From: Chrysemys picta bellii | Taxonomy: Eukaryota | Assembly: GCF_011386835.1 (NCBI RefSeq) | Contig: NC_088803.1 | Coordinates: 11,284,001 to 11,348,000, forward strand | Direction: 5' to 3' | Length of the DNA: 64,000 nt | In this document: one piece after another, positions 32,349 to 40,900 of the stretch | How positions within the stretch are numbered: the stretch's first letter is position 1 | How the letters are laid out: the number at the start of each line of letters is the position of its first letter | Notes under the pieces: model-generated | The model's database searches: none | Told to the model about the DNA's origin: nothing | The model's input: the letters and a program-made list of their open reading frames with translations, nothing else | Translations under genes and position numbers: made by a program

Positions 32349-33082
32349 TCACAGGATGGCCTGCGGCTGCTGGGTCATCAGGACGCCGAAGCGTTTCTTG
32401 ATGGTGATGCGGTGGCGGGAGTACTTGTCATCCGGGGAGAAGCGGGCAGGGTGTGCGGAGCAGGTCAGCTGGCCAGAGGGATCCACTTTCTGCCAAGGAC
32501 AAGACACAGGAAGACATGTTAGAGCACCCTGGGCCTGACCGATAGCCCCCTGCTATCCCAGCCCTGTGCTCCCCTGACCCACGTCTGCCCACCCCTTCTG
32601 ACCTGCAGCCTCCTGCTAGTCCAGCCTTGCCGGAGCCCCTCACTCCTCACCTGCAACCCTCTGCTAACCCAGCCAGTGCCCCTCACTCCCAACTCACAGC
32701 CCCTGCTAGCCCAGCCTTGCACCCCTCAACTCTGCCAGAACCCCTCACTCTTGACCAGCAGCCCCCTGCTAGCCCAGCCCTGCGGGTGCCCCTCCCTCCC
32801 AACTCACAACCCCTGCTAGCTCAGCCCGGACCCCGCGCCCCTTTCCCAGCACTGCCGGTGCCCCTCACTCCTGACCCGCAGCCCCTCCTAGCCCAGCCCT
32901 GGAGCCAGGCAGCGGGTAGGATGGGGCAGGGCCGGGAGTAGGGACAGTAGGAAAGGTTCGGAAGGATCCGGATTGGGACAGAAGTCGCCAACCCTGCATC
33001 CGGATTGCACCCCGGGGGAAGTGCTCACCTTGAGGGTGTAGACCCTGTCACCCTGCGCGTTGAGATAATACTGCAGGAACAT
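32349..33082 (-). CDS. NOP10: H/ACA ribonucleoprotein complex subunit 3 (64 aa)
   Basis: Exons 33082-33029 ([18 protein letters not shown]) and 32489-32349 ([46 protein letters not shown]), GT-AG. Confidence 0.98.
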
Positions 33083-33164
33083 GCTGCACAGCCGGACCGC
33101 CTTGCAACGCACGTGCTGCTGATCCCGGAACCCTGCACCAGAAAGAGGCCAGCCCCAGCGCACG

Positions 33165-33620
33165 CTGGGAACTGTAGTGCGCTCTAACTCCAATGTACGC
33201 TAGGAGAGGGACCGCCCATTGCCCGCAGTGCACTCTGGGAGTTGTAGTTCAGTCTAGCCCCAATGCCCAAGGAGAGTTGCAGGGTCTCTACCCCAGGGCA
33301 CTCTGGGAATTGTGCCTTAATGCACTATAGGAGAGGGACCTCAAGCCCCAGTGACCTAGGAGGGATGGAGGGTGTATACTCCAATGCACTCTGGGAGTTA
33401 TAGTGCACTCTGCCCCCAATGCCCTAGGAGAGCGGCAGGGTCTCTACTAGAGCTGTAGTGTGTTCCAGCCCCAATGAACTCTGGGAGCCATTCTCTTTCT
33501 GCCCTCAAAACCTTCAGAGAGTTGTAGTTGTTTGGCTAGCCAGGTGCATTATGGGAGTTGTAGTTTCTTAGCCCTCCGGTACTCCAAATTTCTGCACCCC
33601 AGTGCATTTTGGGATATGTC
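33165..33620 (-). promoter_or_regulatory. NOP10 promoter: array of ZNF143/THAP11-type ACTACAnnTCCCA motifs
   Basis: + strand CTGGGAACTGTAGT 33165, CTGGGAGTTGTAGT 33235, CTGGGAGTTATAGT 33391, CAGAGAGTTGTAGTT 33515, TGCATTATGGGAGTTGTAGTT 33545-33565, plus partial copies at 33303, 33449, 33481 and 33603. Confidence 0.7.
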
Positions 33621-34214
33621 CTTTCTGAGCTTCTAACCTCCCTGCTCCCAGTACAGCTCGTGTCCCACCCCCATGACCTAAACCAGGGTGGGCAAACTTT
33701 TTGGCCGAGGGCCACATCGGGGAATAGAAATAGATTTGTGGGCCATGAATGCTCTCAAAATTGGGGTTGGGATGCGGGCACTGGGGTGAGGCTGGGGCTG
33801 AGGAATTTGGGGTGTAGGAGGGTGCTCTGGGCTGGGACTGAGGGGTTTGGAGGGTGGGAGGGGGATCAGAGCTGGGGAAAGGGTGCAGGTTCCGGATGGG
33901 GGTGTGGGCTCTGGGGTGGGGCTGGGGATCAGTGGTTTGAGGTGCTCCGGGCTGGGATCGAGGGGTTTGGAGAGTGGGAGGGGGATCAGGGCTGGGACAG
34001 GGGGTTGAGGCATGGGGAGAGGCTCAAGGGTGCAGGCTCAGAGGGGCACTTACCTCAAGCGGCTCCCGGAAGCAGTGGCATGTCCCTTCCCCAGCTCCTA
34101 CATGGAGACATGGCCAGGCAGCTATGCATGCTGCCCCCTCTGCAGGTGCCGCCCCTGCAGCTTCCATTGGAGCACGTAGGAGCCAGAACGGGACCATGCC
34201 ATGGCTTCTGGGAG

Positions 34215-35544
34215 TAGAGTGACCAGATCACCCAGGTGAAATATCGGGACGGGGGGGGCGCAAAAAAAAAAAAAGCCGCCAGAGCTCCACGCCCCGCCCC
34301 CCAGCTTGCCTCTGCTCCGTCTTGGCCGCCGTGGGCCCGTGCCCGCCCGGCTTGCCCCCCCAAACACATACACACACACCCCCCTGCACAGACACCGGTC
34401 ACCCCTGCCCACGCACACACACAGAGCCCTGCACAGCTCCACTAGTCACTAGACCAGCCCCTTTCTCAGCTAGCAGCTCTGGTGTCCCCAGACCAAAGCT
34501 CCCCAACCCCCGACCCCTGTGCACCCCGTGAGGAAAGCCAGTCCTCCTTTCCGGCTCCCCGGGGCCACTGGACTGTCCGGGACTTGACCCCAGGCCAGAT
34601 TTCAGTCCAACACACCCAGGAAGCAGTGCTCCGGGCCAACTTCCAGCGGTGGCTAGGCCCGCAGAGCCGGAGGGAGGCGCAGCCCAGCGTGGAAGGTGTC
34701 TCGGGCTGGGCGGCCCGCGGGGGCAGGTTTGAGAAACCCCTTCCTGGGCTGGGGGCTGCTCTGACTGCTGGCGTGCAGGGCCAGGCTGGAGGGGATCGGG
34801 CAGTGCTGGGCGCGGAGAGTGGCGCTACGACGCGGCGTTTGCGGGCCTGGGCTGGGCTGGGCTCGGCTGCCGGCGGACGGGCCCCGGGGCGGCTTGAGAG
34901 GCAGGCGAGGTCCGGGAAGACGTGTGGCCGCAGAGGGGCTGAGCTCCTGCCTCGCCTCGGGAACCCCCAGCGGGGCAGCTGCAAACGCGTCTCGCTCTCC
35001 CCAGCCCAGGCCGGGCCCCTCCCGCCGCCGCTCACTACCTATCCCTGCGGCGGGACGGGCAGGGGACCGGCTCCCCCACCCCCTGAGGAAGAGGCTCTGT
35101 GCGCCAGCGGCCAAGCTCCGGCTTCCAGTCCCTCCTCAGTCACCCGCCCCACACGCTGAGCCAGCTGCGGCCAGGGGAGCAGACTGGGCTGGCTGCAGCG
35201 TGCCCAGATAGTGCTTGGGGAAGAGGCGGGCTCAGGGCAGGGATTTGGGGAGGGATCCAATGGGGGAAGAAGGGGGCGGGGGGGCGCAAGCGCCGGAGCA
35301 GAGGGCAAAATTGTTTGTTTGTCCTAGGGTGACCAGACAGCAAGTGTGAAAAATCAGGACGGGGGTGGGGGGTAATAGGAGCCTATATAAGAAAAAGACC
35401 CCAAAATCGGGACTGTCCCTATAAAATCGGGACATCTGGTCACCCTAGTTTGTCCAGTGTCCCGGCCGAACATCAGTCGGGACGCGGGACAAACAAGCAG
35501 ATATCGGGACAGTCCCGATAAAATCGGGACGTCTGGTCACCCTA
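34215..35544. mobile_element. hAT non-autonomous element (1330 bp) with CpG-rich interior, middle element
   Basis: TIR TAGAGTGACCAGA / TCTGGTCACCCTA; subterminal ATCGGGAC repeats; perfect TSD TCTGGGAG at 34207-34214 and 35545-35552. Confidence 0.85.
35325..35447. mobile_element. 123-bp hAT MITE of the same TIR family, innermost element
   Basis: TIR TAGGGTGACCAGA / TCTGGTCACCCTA; perfect TSD GTTTGTCC at 35317-35324 and 35448-35455. Confidence 0.9.
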
Positions 35545-35737
35545 TCTGGGAGCCACGTGGTGCAGCCCTCAACCCTGTGCCCCAGTTGGAGCACCAAGGG
35601 GGGCCGAGCCTCATGGTGCGGCCCCCAATCCAGCGTCCCGGCAGGAGTGGGGCCGAGCTGCGTGGTGAGGGTCACTGGACCGGCTTAAAATGGCTCGTGG
35701 GCCATAGTTTGCCCACCTCTGACCTAAACCATTCGCT

Positions 35738-36145
35738 CATAGGCGCCGACTCCGGGGCTGGAGCATCCACAGGGGAAAATTGGTGGGTGATCTGCACTCA
35801 CCGACAGCTCCCTGCCCTGCCTCCCCGCCCCAGCTCACCTCCGCCTCCTCCCCTGTGCATGCGTTGTGCCTGCTTTCCCCCCCTGTGCCCAGCGCTTGCG
35901 CCACAAAACAACTGTTTTGCATGGCAAGCGCTGGGAGGGAGGGGGGAGTAGGGGGAATGCAGTGTGCTCAGGGGAGGAGGCTGGGGCAGGGATTTGGGGA
36001 AGGGGTCCAATAGGGGCAGGGAGGGGGCGGAGTTAGGGTGGGGGCTTTGGGGAAGGGGTTGGAATGGGGGCAGGGCAGGGAAAGGGTGGAGTCGGAGTGT
36101 GGGGGCGCTAGCACCCACCGGCGCTGGGGAAAGTTGGCGCCTATG
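35738..36145. mobile_element. hAT-like MITE
   Basis: TIR CATAGGCGCCGACT / AGTTGGCGCCTATG; degenerate TSD CATTCGCT / CATTTACC. Confidence 0.7.
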
Positions 36146-36184
36146 CATTTACCCCCTTTTAGCTCCCCAAACAAATGGCTCCCC

Positions 36185-36310
36185 AGTGCACCCTGGGACG
36201 TGTAGTCTAGTAGCTCCCACTGCTCCATGGGGGTTGTAGTCACTAACATCCAGTGCATTCTGGGAATTGTAGTATCTCCCCCTTCCCAATGCCCTGTGAG
36301 AGTTGTCATC
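36185..36310. promoter_or_regulatory. Second cluster of ZNF143-type motifs (candidate NUTM1-side promoter)
   Basis: CTGGGACGTGTAGT 36193, ATGGGGGTTGTAGT 36227 and TGCATTCTGGGAATTGTAGT 36254-36273; same orientation as the NOP10 array. Confidence 0.55.
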
Positions 36311-36369
36311 CCCTAATCCTGTTTTAATTAGCCTTATACTGTAAATAGGGAATAGTCACTGAGCAGGTA

Positions 36370-37600
36370 TGTGAATGATTGAAGGATTAGAAACATGCCT
36401 TAGAATGAAAGACTCAGTGAGCTCAAGCTATTTAGCTCAACAAGAGAAGGTAAAGGGGGGACTCGATTACATTGTACCTATAAGGGGAACAAATATTTAA
36501 TGGTGATCTCAAAGGTCTAACAGGATCCAATGGCTGGAAGTTGGAACTAGACAAATTCAGACTGGAAAGAAGGCGTAAATTAACAGTGAGAGTAATTAAC
36601 CACCGGAATGACTACCACGGGTCATGGTGGAATCTCCATCGCTGGCGACTTTTAATTCAAGTTGGGATGTTTTTCTAAAAGATCCGCTCTAGGAATTATT
36701 TGGGGGACGTTCTCTGGCCCATGCTATACAAGGGGTGTTCAGAAAGTTTCTGGCCTTACAAATCAAAAACAATCCAATTTGCATTCTGTTGTTTATTTAT
36801 TTTTATTATAATTCCCCTTGACACCAATGCACGGGCCCATCTTGGAGAAGTACTTGCCATGCATGGCCGAAATGCCTCCACTGCTGCAACCACCTCTTTA
36901 TTGCATTTGAAACTCAACCCGCAAAGGTCCTCCTTCAATCTGGGGAACAGGTGGACATCTAAGGGAGCCAGATCTGCTGGAGAGGCTGGACGGGAAGCAG
37001 TTGAAAGCCACATTAGCTAGCTGTGGCCACTGGGACGTCTAAGGTGACACATTGTCTTGGAGAACCAAAAAGCTCCAGAGTATTCCTGGAAACGCCACAT
37101 CGTGCTCTCACGTTCGGGGCACCTGCCTTGTTGACCCTTTTCTTGTGCCCGAGTCTTCAGTTAACTATGCACCTGACTGTTGATCTTCTTTCCTTCTGGT
37201 ATAGTGGCATCTCTGGGACGTCCTGACCTTGGCTCATCCTCTGTGCTGATCCGCCCTTGCTTAAATTCAGCAGCCCCATTGTTTACAGTGGCACCATCTC
37301 CCAGCATCCCCCCCACCCCCACCCCATTCTCATGGATGTCCTGTGCATTCAAGCCGTTCTTATGCAGGTACTAGCTCCCTACTAAACTTTCAGTCTTCTC
37401 CATTTTTAGATCTTTGGTGACTGACTCCCTGAATGTTCTGCACAGGCAAAAAACTGCCTTCTAGCAAAGAGATGCATCAAAGTGTCAGCACCTTGGTCTG
37501 TGAAATCTGTTGGGCCCCAGCGTGTCCTTAAATAGGTCCGACTGGACCTTTTCTGAGTTACCCTAATACAGATCATCACAATGGTTCCTTATGGCCTGGG
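36370..37600 (+). mobile_element. CR1 LINE 3' end, split by a mariner insertion
   Basis: CR1-like ...GACAAATTCAGACTGGAA...AGGAATTATTTGGGG...GGCCCATGCTA[insert]TACAGATCATCACAATGGTTCCTTATGGCC. Confidence 0.7.
36729..37566 (-). mobile_element. Decayed, internally deleted Tc1/mariner (mariner-type) transposon
   Basis: - strand MEKTE...YLHKNGLNAQDIHE from ATG 37403, ISTEDEPRSGRP, and DLAPLDVHLFPRLKEDLCG (SPDLAPSD-like); TA dinucleotides at 36727-36728 and 37567-37568; degenerate TIRs. Confidence 0.8.
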
Positions 37601-37942
37601 TATGAGCAAAAGTCATGTCCATGCGGCTCCTTTCCTTAGTATCAGGGGCCACACTGAAAGCCTGGCAGCTGGGTACAGTTTTTTGCGGGGTGTCCTGGTT
37701 TCTCTAATGTTTACCCCAAAGCCACAGGAGCAAACCAGGGGACGATGAGTCGGGATTGAGGGGCACCGGAACAGCTGGGGGATGGGGAACCCAGGTCTGG
37801 TAGGAGGGGGCTGCGGGTCAGGATTGAGGGGCAGTGGCAGAGCTGGGGAAAGAGAACCTTAGGATCAGGCTCTGAATGTCCCCCCCCCATCAGAACTCCC
37901 GACGTCTCCAGGTTCCAGATTTGTTTTGATTCAACCTGGCAG

Positions 37943-40900
37943 CTGGGGGGCGAGGGTGGGGGGTGGTGCCAGGGCCAGATTGGGGCGTGAGTTTCCCAGC
38001 AGCCCTTGTTCTTCGGCGGGTGCTGCCGATACCCTCTGCAGAGAACGGCCTCCCCTTTCCCTCCCCGCTCATGCTCTCCAACCTTCTCACCCCTCCTTGC
38101 CATGACCTCCCAGCCCCGCCAGGGCCCCCTGCTGCCTCCTCTCCTGCTGCCTACCTTCCCTGGTGCTGCCCTGCTCCTGACCTCACCCGACGTCCCCGGG
38201 GGCAAGCTCATTGTCAAGCTGAAGCCGGAGGGGGCCCAGGAGCCGCCCCGGGCACAGACCATCATCCTAACGGGGGCGCCGGCGGGCTGGCCCCCCACGC
38301 GGCGGGACGGGGCCCCTGTCCGGCTCCAGCTGGCCGCCGGGATAAGGACCGTCCTGCTGAGCAAAGCCAGTGAGGAACCAGGGCCCAGGGAAACCCCTCC
38401 AGCCCGGGCACCCCCCACCAGCGACCCCTCCGCCTCCTGCACCTCCAAGGGTGTCTACGAAAACTATCGGCGCTGGCAGTGCTACAAAGCCCTGGCTAGG
38501 CAGCACTTCCCGGGCACGCCCGACGCCGAGGCGCTGGCCTGCTTCTTCATGTGAGAGCCTGGAGAGACTCCGGCTGGGACAGCAGGGGGCTGCAGTTGGG
38601 AGTGAGGGGCACTGGCACAGCTGGAGTGGGGGGGAATCCCAGGGCTGGGCTAGTAGGGGACTGCAGGTCGGGAGTGAGGGGCATCGGAAGAGCTGCAGGG
38701 GAAGCCCAGGGCGGGGCTAGCAGGGGGCTGCGGGTTGGGAGTGTGGAGCTCCCTCCGGCGCTGACCCAGGCTCCCCCACAGCCCCGTCTTGCGGTCGCTG
38801 ACCCGCCTGCGCCCCGAGCTGGCTCTGGAGGAGGGGGTGCCACGTGCCGTGCAGGAATGGGAGCGCAGCAGCAACTTCGAGCGCATGATCTTCTACGAGA
38901 TGGCTGAGAAGTGAGTGTTGCCCCGTGGGGCTGGCCCTGGGCATCCTGCCGCCCAAGTACTGCGCTGGAGATCCTGGGGATGTCGCCCCCGCTCTAAGCC
39001 CAACCCTCCTCCTCTTCCTCAGGTTCATGGAGTTCGAGGCTGAAGAGGAGCTGCAGATCCAGAAAATGAAGCTCCTGAGTAGCTCCCAATTCCAGCCCCC
39101 ACCCACCGACCCTCCCAAGCTTTCCGGCCCGCCAGCCCTCGATGTTGGCCAGCAGCAAGGTACCTTCCTCCTAAACCCCCACAATACCCTGGGGTGGAGG
39201 GAAACCCCTTCACAGGTGACAGGAGATAGTCACTGACTGACTGCAGGGTTCCCCCCACATACCCTGATTATTATTATTTTTTGCACAAGCCTTTCACTTT
39301 GGCATGGTTTTTGCACACACCCAGCACCTTTGGCTTTTGCACATACCTAGAATGTTTGCACGTGCAGAGCACCTGTGCACAGTTTTTTGCATGTACCTAG
39401 CAACTTGGCCTGGGTTATTTTGTGCATACCCAGCACTTTTGCATGATTTTTGCACGTGCCTAGAACTTCCTCTCTTTTTTGCACATACCCAGCATTTTTG
39501 CAGTTTTTGTATGTAACTAGACTTTTGCACACTCCCAGCAGTTTTGTACTTTTCCAATACCTAGAACCTTTGCACATACCCAGCACTTATGCATCTAAAA
39601 TCTTTGCATGTTTTGCACATACCCTTTTGCCCAGTTTTTGCACATACCTAGAACCTTTGCACCTTTTACAGTACCTAGAACCTTTGCACTTTTCACATCT
39701 ACCTAGAATAGGGGTGGGCAAACTTTTTGGCCTGAGGGCCACATTGGGGTTCTGAAACTGTACGGAGGGCTGGGTAGGGAAGGCTGTGCCTCCCCAAACA
39801 GCCTGGCCCCTGCCCCCTATCTGCCCCCTCCCACTTCCTACCCCCTGATTGCCCCCCTCAGAACCCCTGAACGATCCAGTCCCCTCGCTCCTTGTCCCCT
39901 GACTGCCCCCTCCCGGGAACCCCCGCCCCTAACCACCCTCCCCCTGGGATCCCATTTCCTATCCAACCCCACCTGCTTCCTGTCTCCTTACTCCCCCGAT
40001 CCCTAGCCACACCCTCGCCCCCTGACAGGCCCCCCAGGACTCCCACGCCTATCCATCTGTCCCCTGCTCCCTGTCCCCTGACGACCCCTCGAACCTCCGC
40101 CCCATCCAACCACCCCTTGCTACCTGTCCCCTGACTGCCCCCCGGGACCTCCTGCTCCTTATCCAACCACCCCGCTCCCCGCCCCCTTACCATGCCGCTC
40201 AGAGCACCAGGACTGGCAGCTGCGCCGCCCAGCTGCAGCCAGCCACGCCGCCGCGCTGCCTGACAGGAGCTCGTAGCCCCGCCACCCAGAGCGCTGGCGG
40301 CACGGGGAGCTGAGGCTGCAGGGGTGGAGGGACAGCAGGGGAGGGACCAGGGACTAGTCTCCCTGTCTGGGAGCTCAAGGGCCGGGCAGGATGGGCCCGC
40401 GGGCCGTAGTTTCCCCACCTCTGACCTAGAAGCTTTGCAGTTTTTGCACATACCCAGCGTGTTTGCCCAGTTTTTACACATACTTAGAACCTTTCTACAT
40501 TTTTGCATGTACCTAGAACTTTACACAGTTCTTGCACATACCCAGCACTTTTGCATGGGTTTTTTTTTTTTTGCATGGACCTAGAACCTTTGCATGGTTT
40601 TTTTTTTGTTCATACCCAGCACTTTTGCAGTTTTGCACATACTTAGAACATTTGCATATATCCAGCACTTTCGCACAGGATATTTTTGCACAGACCCAGA
40701 ACCTTTGTACATTTTTTCCCTACTAACCTGGTGCCATTGAGTGTTCTTTTTGGCTGGGTGGAGGTCACTGGCAACGTTACATCCCTCCACCAGGGGGCAT
40801 TGGGTGCTGAGTGGAGGATCCCAAGGACTCTGGGTGCTGGGTGGGTGGTCCATGGTGGTGCTGGGTGGGGGCATCCCTGGGGATACAGGGTGCTCGGTCA

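Larger units (their letters stand above)
33684..35721. mobile_element. hAT MITE, outer element of a nested stack
   Basis: TIR CAGGG(-)TGGGCAAAC / GTTTGCCCACCTCTG; perfect TSD ACCTAAAC at 33676-33683 and 35722-35729. Confidence 0.85.

Noticed and set aside
37615-37672. Candidate NUTM1 ATG exon (MSMRLLSLVSGATLKAWQL, phase-1 GTACAG donor); also ATG 36175 and donor 36367
   Set aside because: Phase fits for 37615, but there is no similarity to the recalled NUT N-terminus and the donor is weak; cannot be chosen without transcripts.
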